DNA of 64,000 nucleotides from Takakia lepidozioides (taxonomy: Eukaryota > Plantae > Bryophyta): the NCBI GenBank assembly GCA_030704615.1, contig CM060732.1, forward strand, positions 2,108,001 through 2,172,000. Direction: 5' to 3'. The notes under the pieces were generated by a model, which made no database searches, was not told the DNA's origin, and was given only the letters and a program-made list of their open reading frames with translations. A program made the translations under genes and the position numbers. Shown here one piece after another: positions 39,549 through 53,074 of the stretch. Each line of letters opens with the position of its first letter. Within the stretch, counting starts at the first letter, position 1.

Positions 39549-40289
39549 GTATGAAGCAGTGTTGGGCGGTTCTTGCCTTTGTGAAGGAACCTTCGGTTCC
39601 GGTTCCACAAATTTTTGAAGAGACGGTTCCGGATCCGGATCCGGTTATTTTTTATTAAGGCGGTTCCGGTCCGGTTCAGGTTCTGACTTTCTAACATGGG
39701 GGCGGTTCCGGTTACCGGTTAGTTGCTGGAAAAAAAACACCGGTTCCCGGTTAGGTTCCGGTTCTTTTTTAAAAATATATTAAATTCTTTTAATTTTTTA
39801 TTCTTTTGGAAAATTAGATGAACTGATCTGATTGGTCATACTGAGAATTTTCAACTAAAACCAGGGAATTTATTAGTAAAACAGAAGTAAATAAACTTAT
39901 ATGTTTTTTGTGATTGTCTTTTATGGTATATATAACTAGTTATATACGCATGGTCTCCATTAAAAACGGAAAACCAGAGATTTTATAAGTTGTCATACGG
40001 TGTAGCAAAGAACAACTAAAACAAACTAACTACATAAGGATCTTAATTCAAAATACAAAACAAATTAAACATGTGTAATTCTATGGTTACCTTTTATGGT
40101 GCAGCAAAAGCACAACTAAAAAAAACTACATAAATTTGTGTTTTTTGGATGATGCTTTGTCAATATAGCATACAACTAACTAAGTACACGGGATGTCACT
40201 GAAATTTTCAATAAAAATGACAAATAAACAAACTCCAATCAAAGGAATATAGTGTAATATGTTGAACAATAATTTGTCTCTAAGACAAA

Positions 40290-42328
40290 TCAGTCTACTT
40301 CAAAGAGGTTTGCCTCTGCAATCAAGTCCTCATTCTCATCTAAGAGGACTTCTTCCCTATCCAATAACTCTTTCATGGAAGTACTAAAGCAACCAACTCT
40401 AGCATCATTTGGCCAATTCTTGACTACACTCACAAGCATATCAAGGTTTTCAATATTTAACCTGCACCGTCTCAAGTTTGTTATGACACCTGCAATACTA
40501 AAAACCCTCTCAGCTTCAATCTGAGATCCAACTATGCCCAAAATTAGCCGTGCCAAAAATCCCACATACGGAAAGAGAGACTCGTGTTCTTTCCACCATT
40601 TCAAAGGAGCCACACACTCACCCTCATTTATCTTCGTCCTTCTGAATGTGATAGTTGTTCTCTCACCACTGTCAATGTCATGTCTTCATTGTGGTCATGC
40701 ACACCAAATAAGGACATCTCGTCCATTGTGGAAGTGGGCTGTGATTGGGCCGGAGTATCCGGATGTAAGACCTTGAAACACTTTACCAAAAGAGGCTATA
40801 ACACCATACTATCATATTGGGACACAATATGCAAAGCACGCTCTTTGCCCACATATTGTGATACCAATGACAACCCCTTGTAACGTGGGTCAAGCATAAG
40901 CGCGAGCATATTGTGAGCTTTGCGCGATTGAAACCCTTCCAAAAAAGAAAGAAATGGTTCCAAGACATATACCACCTCTCGAGCCATCCGCCATTCCAAC
41001 AATGTCAACTATGTTGAGAAATCCCCCATGCAATGATCCACAGTTGCAGCCCCCCCAGCACTACTTCCTCGCATGCGAATTGTTGTGGCAATGGCTGCAT
41101 TAAGAGCATCGGACAACAACCAAAATCCCCCAGATTGATTCATAATGCACTCATGAACCACAGGCCCTAGAACTGTAGAAATGGATTGGGCAATGGCCCA
41201 CACTTGTGGACTTGGTATGCGAGACTGCAGTGCCAATGAGGTTTGCCTAGAGTAACAAGTGATTATGGCTTGCCTAAACTCCAAAGTCTCTTGGAAGAGG
41301 ATCACCTTGGAAGCAAACCGTGTCTTCACCGGAGTCTTCAGTTTGCGGGGATGAATGCCGCTGTCCACACATGCCTTTGCCCATTCTTGTCTCCCTTTGC
41401 CACTTTTTTTGGTCCAAGTAATGGTTTTTTGCAACTCTGATTGGGCATTTTTTATAGAAACCGATCTCATATCTGTGCATACTTTTGCATCATTTGTTGC
41501 ATACTGGCAACACTTGGACATTGCATGCCCAAAACAGCTACCCACAAATGGAGAATCCAACCCCAAACACGCACATGAGACCACCGAATTCAAAGCATTG
41601 GTCAAAGTGGCCAAGTTACCTCCATCATCTTTGACGTAAGCAATAATGCGAGTATTGAGGCCATACTTCACAAGAAGATTGTCGACTTGATGTGCCATGG
41701 CAGCCCCAGATGTGTCAGGTGTCTCAAACATGCCAAGAGTCACATGACATTGCTCCCACTGTTAATTAATAAAGTGCGCTATGATGACAAAAGTGTCAGT
41801 TCCCCCTCTTGACATCCACAAATCAAAACTCACGGAGCAAGTAGCACAACTCTGAAGAGATGGGGACATGTAGCGCTCTTTCGTCTTCTTTGCCAAGATT
41901 GGAATGGCCTCATTCACAAATGTCCGTCGAGAAGGGAAAACAATCCGAGGATTTTGCCTCAACACCATCCTTCTTAGCCAAGGGGATTCTACCAAAGACA
42001 GTGGAACCAACTCCTTTGCAATGAATAAGACTAAATCCTCATTGAACTGCTTCTGTTGATCATCATTTTGGTTGTATGGAGTGGAGCTCCTAAGAAAAGA
42101 AGCTATGTTTCCAGGAGTGGGGCTGGGCCTCTTTTTGGCTGGCCTACGGGCCTTCTCAGGTCCTTCATTTTCCCTCTCAATCCACCTACGCAAAACAATG
42201 TCATGTTCTTGATCCACATGCTTTCGAAGGGCAGAGATACCATTGGTTTTATTATAGGTCACAATGCCCTTCTTGCTTGCAGGAGTGATTGTGCTCCCTC
42301 CAATGTAAAATCTACCATAGTGGAGCAA
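40290..42328 (-). pseudogene. hAT transposase (BED-like remnant, DDE, dimerisation domain), disrupted
   Basis: ALRKHVDQEH; SFDLWMS; YVKDDGGNL; CFGH; KTRF; PLKWWK..GSQIEAERVFS. Split over several ORFs. Confidence 0.9.
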
Positions 42329-43019
42329 GGGCTATCAGCCCCTTGGTATATCATCAAAGAAAACAGGAAAAAAAAAAAAAAAAAATGATGATCAATGATT
42401 ACCATGGACCAAGGGGCCTGGTTGCAGGTGGGCCCTCCTTACTCGTCCTCCTTACCTCTTGCACCACATGCCATAGCAGAAAAGGAGGAAGCTGATTAGC
42501 TTCATGGTGAACTAAAGCTAAAAACAGTAAAATAACCAAAAGTGGTGGATGCTTACCAACGTCACTAACTCTACTTGCTACAGCATTGATATCCACTCGA
42601 TTGCTTAGATCATTCTCTTTTGAAAAGCCCTCTTCAGTAGCTGAACAGCACTTGGAGACGACTGGATGACTAAATCACTGACAACCAAGACCAGGTTGAC
42701 TTTCAAGTGAAGACAGCCAGAATGCAGTGCCACGTGGAGTAGCCAGAAACTATGAACGAGAGAGCCCCTGAAGGAGAGGATGGAAGAGACGGGGGATGGC
42801 TGCTCACATACCTCCTCTCGCCAGTCAACATTGTTCAAGATTCCCTGACACACAGCGAAAAGAGGAACACCCTTGTACAAAACCTGCATAAGCACCTTAT
42901 TCAGCTCCACCTGCAGCTATCATACCATCCCACAATAGAACTTCTTGGAAATGAACAGTGCGGAGACCCCTCTAATTTGGTGCAAATCAATTCTGCCAAT
43001 ACAATAACCCACAGAATGG

Positions 43020-43880
43020 TGAACAAAAGAAAAGGGGGTTACCTCACTCGCTGCAAAACCTGGGTAAATTTCAACCCCAAGTTTCTCTGCTTTCCCTCCT
43101 AGCCACCGCACCAGCTCACTCAAGCTATTCAAAGCATAGCACATGGTTATGGAAGGCTTCAACAAGCATTGCCAAATAGCTGGCTCTCACATAGAATAAT
43201 ACCCCTTGCCTTTGTCTCTGTGGTTAAGCACAAGTGTTTGTTCCAATCGAGGGTTTAGGATTTACCTAGCTTCCTGGGATTTGGTGGCCCACTGAATCAT
43301 GGTGGAAGACTTTAGTATGCTAGTTTCCTGCATGCAACTGTCTCTTCCCCGTCTCTCTGTACACTTCAATACCTGTTCTACATAGGAAAGTAGCAGCATA
43401 ATTTCCACAAAGTTGAATATGTGGAGAAAACAAAAATATTGCACTCAAGCCGGAGTAGGAGAGTAGAATCTGACATAATAACAAAGTTACTATTGTTGTT
43501 GAAGGGAGATGGGAGTGGCAGTGCACGTTTCTCAAATAACATCCAAAACTTGTCTTCCACAACTGGCACACGCAGTGGAGCCTGTGTCAAAAGATCCAAT
43601 TGATATCCTTCAACCAATCCTCATCAGCGATAATATGCTATTATCAAATTATCATGAACGGATGTGTCTCAATTGATTAGCACTCATCAGCAATCACTCC
43701 ATTTCCAGCTGAATAACATCATGAACGGAAGACAGTCACTCCCCAAGCCATCTACCTCTCTTGCATCATCCAGTTTTCATAAGTATGGACTGAGGACATA
43801 CGCCTTGATCCTTCTAATCTGGAAGGAGCTCACTGAGTGCCCGTGGTTCAAACACATTTCCCGAAAGTATGTGTGCACCT
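43020..43880 (-). pseudogene. ETFQO: Captured, intron-containing fragment of electron-transfer flavoprotein:ubiquinone oxidoreductase
   Basis: Exons GAHILSGNVFEPRALSELLP / APLRVPVVEDKFWML..LPSPFNN.SNFVI / SLSELVRWLGGKAEKLGVEIYPGFAASE with GT-AG boundaries. Confidence 0.85.
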
Positions 43881-44758
43881 GCCACATATACAGGAATAGT
43901 CAGGCGCCGAGGTTCTGTATAAATCTCTGTTGCACGATGAACAACATTGATCATGGCAATAGACATTGAGGCAAGGAAGCAACCTACTGTCATTACGCCC
44001 CAACCAACTTGCTATCCATTATGTGCTGCAAAAGTACAAATTGGTCATCCAAAGCTAGCCTGGCTGTCATCCAGATTGTACAACTAAGCACCGTACAAGA
44101 GAGGGGCAGAGAACTGACCTCTTTCTGGGTTAATTCTTCTCGGTTGGTCTGAATTCATCTAGATTATGTAGCTAGCACAGAAGCAAATAGTCTCAGTCGA
44201 TGGTCGTGGGACTGCCAGGGTCTAATTGCATGTTTGATATTCAGCTATACGAGAATGATGTTCGAGTGGTACCAAGAGAGCAAGTTTTGATTTCCGCTAT
44301 GGAAAGTGCTGATGATGGCGCTGCAATTGAGGTAGAAGTATGGTGTACGCGTTGACCTTCCCTTGGAGAGATTTTAGCCCCACAATTTTCAAAGTGGCAA
44401 ATTTGTTGACCAACTACAGCGCGAGGTGCAAACCTGCAGAATCTATCTCACTGTACAACCGATTTGATCTTCGGGGAGCAGCAACAGTTGTTGGTCTATT
44501 TCTTCACTGCTCCAATATATTGTCCAGGTGACTCGATGTGGGCCATTCTGCACTTGCGCTGTCTGAGTCAATACACTTGTCTTGCTGCTCGCTCTAGATA
44601 AGCAAATTACTCCTAGGGCCCTCGTTCTGAACAGCACATGGGTAAGCGCATTGATCTTTCGTGTTATGATGCAGGTGCCCAAGAGCAATTGGACACTACA
44701 GCCTTGAAGGCTTACACCTTACTGTCAGAGCTTCAGTAACAACAAGTTTACTGGATCC

Positions 44759-47228
44759 ATGAGTACTCTGCAAATCACTCCACTCACGAGGGCCATCGGC
44801 GCCGTGGTCGAAGGCATTTCTCTGGCGGAACCGTTGCAGGATGCAGAGCAGGCAGCCATCAACGACGCCTTACTTCAATATCAGGTGCTCTTCTTCTGCA
44901 ACCAGCCGATCACTCCACACCAACAGCACGCCTTCGCCAAGCATTTCGGTGATTTGCACATACATCCAATCTACCCAAACTTAGGCCCCGAGTTAGAGGA
45001 AATCATGGTACTGGATTCTGACGGTGATCACCCCCCAGACAATGATAAGTGGCACACCGACGTCACTTTCATTGAGACACCGCCCTTGGGCACAATCCTG
45101 AGCGGCAAGCTCATACCTCCCGTGGGTGGTGATACCCTGTTTCCCTCGTTCTTGAAGTGCAGATGGATGAACTTAAAGAGCAATTTCAGTGATCCCCGGC
45201 AATTCCCATTTCACCTGTGACACTTTGCACATTCAACTCCAGTCCTGGGTTCTGTTCAAACTTGCAGACAGAGCCTCCTCTTAGGTGCTGTTGTCGACCC
45301 TATCCCGATCTCTGCAGCCATACCATCTTTGCAACTGTTTCAGATCTGAGCATACTGATGTGAGAATTTCTTGCCCTGATAAGCACCAGAATTCCACTAA
45401 TTAAGAGGTTGACATTGTGGTCTAGGCCATCCAGGAGACTACATAGGAGGTGAGAAAGACAGGTTCTCTGTGCAAGAAACAACACATGTTTGCCACACAT
45501 CACTACAAGCTTAAACGCTACCAGTTATAAGGATGGGGACGAGCATGCATCATCCCTTTCACCTGCTCATTTTCTTTCTAGCTCTCACGTATACACAATC
45601 ATGTGCAGGTAAAGAGCTCATACAATAGACAAAGAAGGCCAACTTAAGATTTACAGATGCCAGCTGCTTCTTTGTAGAACCCCCAAATAGAAGCCAAGGC
45701 TGCTGAAAGACTGATTGACAGAGATGTAAAAGCTTCCTGAGGCGAGATATATTTGAAAGAAAGAGAAATGAAATGATACTTTCTATTGAAATCCCAAAGA
45801 ACTGAAGGGACTAGAGAAAGAATGAAACAAGAAAGGGAGTGGGGCCCTCAACAAGCAGCTGAAAAACAACTGATAATCAAGGGATTGTCTAAGAGTCAAG
45901 GACTTTTGTAGATATGCTGCCAAGCATTTCTGATCCTCGTAATGGAAGACCTCTATGAAATATTGGCTATCTTGGAATACACAATAGATCACAGAAGAGA
46001 AAGAGAAGAAAACATATATCTAGAAAGGAGAGGGCACAGGAAAATCTAGAGCTCGGAACAAGGAGGCACATTTCCTGTCACACCCAAGTTGTTCCAATCG
46101 GACAGAGGGAGACTTCACTATATCTGAGCCACTATGTGCAGTTCATGTTTGGCTTCAGGCACTTGATCAAACGGTAAAAATTTGAGAAGGTATTTGCAAA
46201 GTGTATTACTTCTTGGCTGCATACAAATATATTACAGAACTACCTGGAAATACAAAGCTCGCCGAAGATGCTACAATCGTAGGGACACGAGGGGAATTGG
46301 CTGTATCGAACTTCAGGGCGCTTCAGGGCGCTTGATCAACGTAGGAATTCAAAAATGTAATTGCAATGTCTTTCACTTCTGCATATAACTATACTGAGTA
46401 ACAAAATAAGCTGGAAGGAGAGGGCATTCTAAAACTCCAAAGCACTCGTCTCACCCAAGATATTACAATCATAGGGGCAAAGGCGGAAATTGCTATCTCT
46501 GAGCCACATTGGTAGTTCATGTTTGGCTTCAGGGCGCGCGATCAGCGTCACAATTCAAGAAGGCAGTTGCCATGAGTTTGACAACATAACTCTAATGAGT
46601 TATACATCGAGCTGTTCCCAGCTCGTTCCCCAGCGCATCCGCGCAATGGTAAAAGAGAAGAAGACAAACAGAAGAGAGAACGAGAGGCAGACCAGTAAAG
46701 GAGAGGCACAAAGGGAGCCCATGAAGACGGCATAAAGAAGCAGACAGATGAGAAGACAACGGACTTCCACAAAACTGTGCTTGACAGAGTGTTGCAGCAC
46801 TACAAAGCGAACAAGAGATCACCTGCCTGCGATGCAATCGGCATTGCAGCCTTCGAGGCGCTCTCAAAGCCATTGCAACAATTTCTTCTTGGGCTAAAAG
46901 CAAAGCATAGCTTCGTCAAGTCATTCTCGCAGCCCCGGTACCACTACGAAGGTCAAGGGGACCCCAAGGCGCTGTGGGAGGAAGCTGTGAAAGAGCACCC
47001 GCCAGTGGTGCACCCTCTCATCCGCACTCATCCTGACAGTGGGCGCAAGGCTCTCTTCCTGAGCCAAGGATTCCTGACCCGCATTGTGGATCTGCAAAAG
47101 GACGAGAGCGATGCATTGCTGGGATTTCTGTTTGTGCATGCTACAAAGACCAAATTCACAGTGAGATGGAGATGGCAAGCCAATGATGTGGCCTTCTGGG
47201 ACAACCGCATATTGCAGCACTTCTGCAC
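44759..47228 (+). pseudogene. tauD: Bacterial-type taurine dioxygenase, split by a ~1.7-kb insert (~45143-46832) and 3'-truncated by the hAT end
   Basis: FGDLHIHPIYP..WHTDVTF..GGDTLF | IGIAAFEALS..HPLIRTHPDSGRKALF..RWRWQANDVAFWDNR. The distal His-containing C-terminus is missing. Confidence 0.9.
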
Positions 47229-47324
47229 AGGCGGGTCCGGTTCCGGTCCGGTTCCACATAACCGGAACCGGAACCGGCGGATACCCGGGGCCCAGGCGGG
47301 TAACCGCCCAACACTGGTATGAAG

Positions 47325-48360
47325 GTCTCAACCGGACGGAAATGCGGTGCCGCATTTCCGTCCCTCAGCTCCATGCCTCCGATACAAAAGGGAAATGCGG
47401 CGCCGCATTTCCGTTCTGGAATGTCGGAAGGTGCGACTCGGACGGAAATGCGGTGCCGCATTTCAGTTCTGATGGTTCACGATTTTCAGTCAGAACGGAA
47501 ATGCGGTACCGCATTTTCGTTCTAGAGAGTATGAAGGTCTCAACCGGACGGAAATGCGGTGACGCATTTCCGTCCCTCAGCTCCATGCCTCAGATACAAA
47601 ACGGAAATGCGGCACCACATTTCTGTTCTGGAATGTCGGAAGGTGCGACTCGGACGGAAATGCGGTGCCGCATTTCAGTTCCGATGGTTGAGGATTTTCA
47701 GTCAGAACGGAAATGCGGTACCGCATTTCCGTTCTTGAGATTACGAAGGTCTCAACCGGACGGAAATGCGGTGCCGCATTTCCGTCCCTCAGCTCCATGC
47801 CTCAGATACAAAACGGAAATGCGGCGCCACATTTCTGTTCTGGAATGTCGGAAGGTGCGACTCAGACGGAAATGCAGTGCCGCATTTCAGTTCCGATGGT
47901 TCACGATTTTCAGTCAGAACGGAAATGCGGTACCACATTTCCGTTCTAGAGAGTATGAAGATCTCAACCGGACGAAAATGCGGTACCGCATTTCCGTCCC
48001 TCAGCTCCATGCCTCAGATACAAAACTGAAATGCGGCGCCGCATTTCCGTTCTGGAATGTCGGAAGGTGCGACTCGGACGGAAATGTTGTGCCGCATTTG
48101 AGTTCCAGTGGTTCATGATTTTCAATCAGAACGGAAAAGCGGTACCGCATTTTTCGTTCCACTGCCACATACCGTACTTGTTGGATGGAAATGCGGCACC
48201 GCATTTCCGTTCTGGAGAGTATAAAGGTTCCCCCCGGACGGAAACTCGGTGCTGCATTTCCGTCACACTGGTGCATGACTAAGATGCAAAACGGAAATGC
48301 GGCGCCGTATTTCCGTCGAACAACAATCAAAAGTATCACTCCGGACGGAAATGCGGAACC
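47325..48360. repeat. Family-2 palindrome array, right part (~20 units; 4 x 53 = 212-bp higher-order repeat)
   Basis: The 212-bp periodicity is also visible in the recurring ORFs at 47365, 47577 and 47789. Confidence 0.95.
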
Positions 48361-48699
48361 TCAATGGGTTGCATTGTTCCGAAACAACACAATTGCGGCC
48401 TGTCTTAATGAGCACATTTTGGTTGTCTAACCATTTTAACTAACAGTCCTGGCACTTGTGAGTGCGAACGTTCATGTCTGCACGGAGAATACTGCTAGAT
48501 CCACCCTTAGGAGAAATTGTGAGGAGATGTTATTTCGTCGCCGAATCGGCCATCATTGTCATACTTATTGGATATGGAATCACACCTCCCACCATCATGC
48601 ATGTAGCTTGAATCATTACTTTCCACTTCAATGTGCGACTTCCAATCGTCGATGGACTCCGCAGATCCACTTACGTGGTGCCTGTGAGCCTTGGTCTGT

Positions 48700-51600
48700 C
48701 GCTATACTGAACCTCGCACTTGCCAACTTCGTGCGGTCTTCGTTGGCTCCGAATTCCTACGCTATAGTTTGCTGTCCTCCGCAACTTGGGAGAGCCTGGA
48801 TCCCAAATGAGGGAGGACTTTGCAGAGTGACTGAAACTTACCTTTGCTCCAAATTCAAGCTCAAACCGGGCACAGTTCATTTGGAAGAAGAAAGGAAGGA
48901 TGTTCCTGGACAGGTTGACGAGACCATTGTCGTGCTAGGTAACGACGGAGGTTGCGGAATCGAATGGCACGTACCCCCATCAGGCACCATCCTGTACCAA
49001 GCTATGGGAATGCCCATTCCCTTTCCGAATCAGTCGCTGCCCACACCATCCAAAAAGGAGTCGGGAAACCGACAGGCGGCCACTGCCAACAGAGAGGTAT
49101 GCAACGATAATCATTCCCGACCTGGACCGTCAAGACCCTCCATAGCTTCTTGTGTGGACGTATTCGACATTCCCGACGAGGAAGATGACTGCATTGAGGT
49201 CCCCATGTCCTCCACACGGTCGTTCAAATCCGACATGGTCGTCTCTGCAGGTGCTACGCATGTATCCTCGAGCATAACTCCAACCCGGTCCATTGTGCAG
49301 CTCCTACGGCAACATCACCTCGATGGTTCTCGCTCCGAGCTGGCTGCTCTCGACTATGCCAAATTTCCAGTCAGGAAGGTAACGTATCTGCCTCCCGAAG
49401 TCGATGGCAATGTCATCTTTGAATTTCCACCTGTTACTTCATCAAACAAAGCCTCAGGGATGTTAACAGACATGGATCAAAAGCATGACGGACACCCCTG
49501 GTGTGTTACGAAGACCAGTAGCACGAAAATTGCTGATGGTGTTCGTGTACGATACGTCCTCTGTGCGGGGAAGCTGAGGTGCCTCAATCCCGCTTGCTTC
49601 CATTTTCTCTCCAAAGGAGGGCGAAGAAACGAGACGGATTGGACTGGCACAACCCATCATCCATTCATTGTCTCCAGCCAAGCTCCTGCGGGTACTTTCA
49701 AGTGCGCACATTGCAAAGAACCACCGACGTGCATGTCCATGTGGAGAGCCAAGCAATATTATGTAATCCATTTGCTCCCGGACTTGACTAGAGCTTGCAT
49801 ACACGTTGGGGTCCACTGCCACCCCTTGGCGAGAGGCAACATGCGTGAGGCTGTGCAGGAAGCACATGACATCATAAAAGAGGAGGTGAAATTGAACCCC
49901 GGAGCCAGACCAAAGCAGATTTAGCTGAAGGCAGCCCACAAGATTGCTCTTGGCAAAATCATGTCTGAAGATGGTTCAGACCGAGTGCCCTTGAAAGATG
50001 CTTGACCTGTTGGAGTCCGTCTCGCACGTTTGTAGTCCGAATGCGCATAATCACATCGTATCTTGCAAGCAGGAGTTTGGCCAGGGGTCGGACATGCACT
50101 CAATCCTGGAGGTGAAACAAATGACTGGATATGACTACATCCAAGGTAGCAGGTTTCCAGGGCAAGGCAGCGAATCCGATCGTTGTTACATTTTTAAAAT
50201 GTCGACGTGTGGGCCTGGGAGTGGAGTCGACTTGGTCACTCGCATGACAACTGGAAACTTGTCGAATGCTTGGGTGATGTTTGATCACATCAAGCGAATT
50301 ACAAACCATCAATGGGTGACTATGGGTGCGCATGTTTATGACTATCACTCCAAGAGGCTCATGACGATTGCAATTTGTGAGATGAAAGGGGAGGACACAC
50401 AGTCGGAGATGCATTTGTGGGAGGGCATAAACGAGCAGATGGCAAGGGCGGGATTGGCAGAGCCCAATTTCAGGGGATTCATGGCAGACAACGCTCAGGC
50501 CAACTGGGCAGCGGTGCGGCGTGTGTACGGTGAGGACCCCAATGTTCCAATGGAGGGGAAGGAGAGATCCTGTGGATTCCATTGGATGCAGAGTCTATCT
50601 CACTATACTACCAAATTTGTTGCTAGCTCATTCCAGGCTGAACACCGTGTCCTTTGTACGGCGTGGAAGGATGCACCCACATTTGATGACGCGGAGGTTA
50701 AGTTTTCTATCATCGAGACTGGTGGAACACGTCAAGTGCAGTGAAGACAACCAATCTGGGAGCCTTGCACAGCTGGTTGGGGTGGTGGCATTTCCGGTAT
50801 CGACAGTTCGGACAGTACATGCGGGAGGTATGATGCTGTCATTTTCGTGCAATTGTCTTTCTATTACGGACCTTTCCATTGGTCCCTCACCATTGTTTGT
50901 GTCCTTGTAGGAGCGGTGCTTGGATTCCGACACGGACATGCCGAACACGAATATGGCAGAATCAGTCCACTCCTCCTGGCGAGCGTCTTCTGCCGCACAT
51001 CTGGTGGATGTAGTGACGGCCACAACGGAGGACATCGACAAAGCAATCATGTAGCAAGCCACGTACTACAAGTTCCTGAGCGGGAAACAATGGGGCTTTG
51101 GGCCGGACAGGGAGGAATTGTTGGTACGAACAGCTTTGAGGTCGAAGAATCCACTGAAATGGGCGACAACATTGCGAGAGAAGATCAAAGGGACGCCTCT
51201 ACACCGCAGAGATGAACACCTAGAGGGGGACGTCCATACTTGCCCTATGAGGCGGAGGATTGAAGAGGAACCCGGGTGCGAAGAGGATTCCTGGAGATCC
51301 GACAGGAACATTCGGACAGCACCTCGAGGTCCCGTCATGTTGCCGCACAATGTGTCTTCCAGCAGTGGAAGCCCAAGAAATTCCAGATCGCCATCGCCTT
51401 CAAGCAGGGATTTCGTGCGAGAAATTCCCACCGCTCGCTTGCCCCACCGCTCCGCCCGCTGTTATGCAGTATGACCAACCCATTGTGGAGACGACTGTGT
51501 CTGCGTCACAGTGGAGAATTGCTCACACAAAGCCGTCGTTTCGAGGCAGGTGTTCCGCAATTCGAGTGGATACATGGCAACATTGTTTAGAGATGATAAG

Positions 51601-52341
51601 GAGGAATCCAGATGGGGCTGTCCCTGCTCCTACTTTTACAGGAAGATTTGTCCATGCAAAGTTTGCGGAGGCGACAACCACCCAGTTCTGGTTCTGCAGG
51701 CACGACATTATGACTTGCGTGTATGGAAAGCCCAAGTACAACATACAAACATGCCAGAGGCTCCCCCGGTGTGGCCGGTGGAACTAGGCTGCGATCTGAG
51801 TCAGGTTGAGGCCGACGCCCTTACCGCCGCTGGATTTCAGATGGTGCAGCGCATTGACGTCCCCAGACAACCATTTCCGCTTCCACAGCCTCCACCACCG
51901 ACCCCTGTGAGAGCAAGAACAATGGGACCCGACAGCTCTAAGCATCCTACACACCGTTGGGGGAGACCGAAGAAGCGGCGACCTCCCTCAAAAGTGAACG
52001 AGACAAGGATGGGGAATGCACTTCGGATGAACTGTACAATCCAGAGCTCGACAGAAGTGCCCCCACCAGGCTTCGGGCGTGTATATCAGATGGCCACGGC
52101 AGGCTCAGCTGTTCGCAATGAGGTGTACACCATCACCATTTCAGAATTACCCACCTGCAATTGCACCGACTTCCAGATCATGGCGAACAAGTGGGCATCA
52201 TACTGCCCTTGCAAGCATCTGTACTACGTGTACCTAAAGAGACTCCGGTGTAATTCCACAACTCATCACTTCATACATGCACCAGGGTTGAGCCCCCAAG
52301 AGGTGCACACTCTTCTGAATATGGATCCAGGGGACCAGTGA
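48700..52341 (+). pseudogene. Family-2 MULE transposase (GCM-like, DDE, SWIM), diverged paralog of family 1
   Basis: KHDGHPWCVT..CAGKLRC..GVHCHP; WVMFDH; FMADNAQAN; CGFHW; NMAESVH; CNCTDF..CKH. The intron at ~50828-50910 is at the same position as in family 1. The start is approximate. Confidence 0.85.
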
Positions 52342-53074
52342 GCTTGGCTTGCGGTCCCCACAAAATGGTACGCCCATCCTTTTCGGATAGTAGAACTGTA
52401 CTGCTGCAAGTACCTCTGACTCTGGCCACAGAAAGGTCCGACTTATGTCTTGCCTACCAGTAACCTGTTTTGCTTGAACTAAGATAATACTATGTCATTC
52501 ACTTGTGTTTCCACGTGCATGTATTTTTGTGTGTTGGAGGGTTCTTGTTTTTCTGCTCTCCCAAACTTTGCTTTCCTCATTCGACCTCCGGCAAAGAAAT
52601 GCGGCGCCGCATTTCCAAGTAACGTCGTAGGTACTGGTAGATGCGGCCTTTGCCAACACTAAACCGCCCATAAATTTCGCACGTGCGAACCCTAATACGG
52701 CATCGCATTTCCCAATTGAGTCGCAAACCTTTCCCACCGAATACCCGAAGATGACAAAATTGTGAATGCAGACTCTATTGGTTCAATCGCGGCAAAAGGG
52801 TCAGCTTCATTTCAATGTTAAGGCATGTAAAACAGCGGAATACTCTATACAGGCCAGTATGCGACGTCCTTTTGCCGTGGTATACTGGATTTCTCGTTGC
52901 ACGGTCATTCATTTCCATGAGCGGATCTAAAAAACCATGAGCGGACTTGTTACTGACGACATATCTTTGCCGCATTACAGGATCTGGAACTTCCAGAATC
53001 GGCAAGGTCAAATTAAAAAAAACTATTATTTTAATACTTATTTAATCTGCCGCATTTCCAAATTTGGAGGAGTC

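Larger units (their letters stand above)
39557..47316 (-). mobile_element. hAT DNA transposon (7.76 kb) with captured gene fragments
   Basis: 15-bp TIRs CAGTGTTGGGCGGTT / AACCGCCCAACACTG. 8-bp TSD GTATGAAG (39549-39556 and 47317-47324). CCGGTT-rich subterminal repeats. Confidence 0.95.

Noticed and set aside
43020-43880. Functional ETFQO locus
   Set aside because: Only three recognisable exons, with an in-frame stop, inside a transposon.
44759-47228. Bacterial contamination, or a functional intron-split tauD
   Set aside because: It is embedded in a TSD-bounded hAT next to plant exons; the insert lacks GT-AG and the C-terminal metal ligand region is missing.
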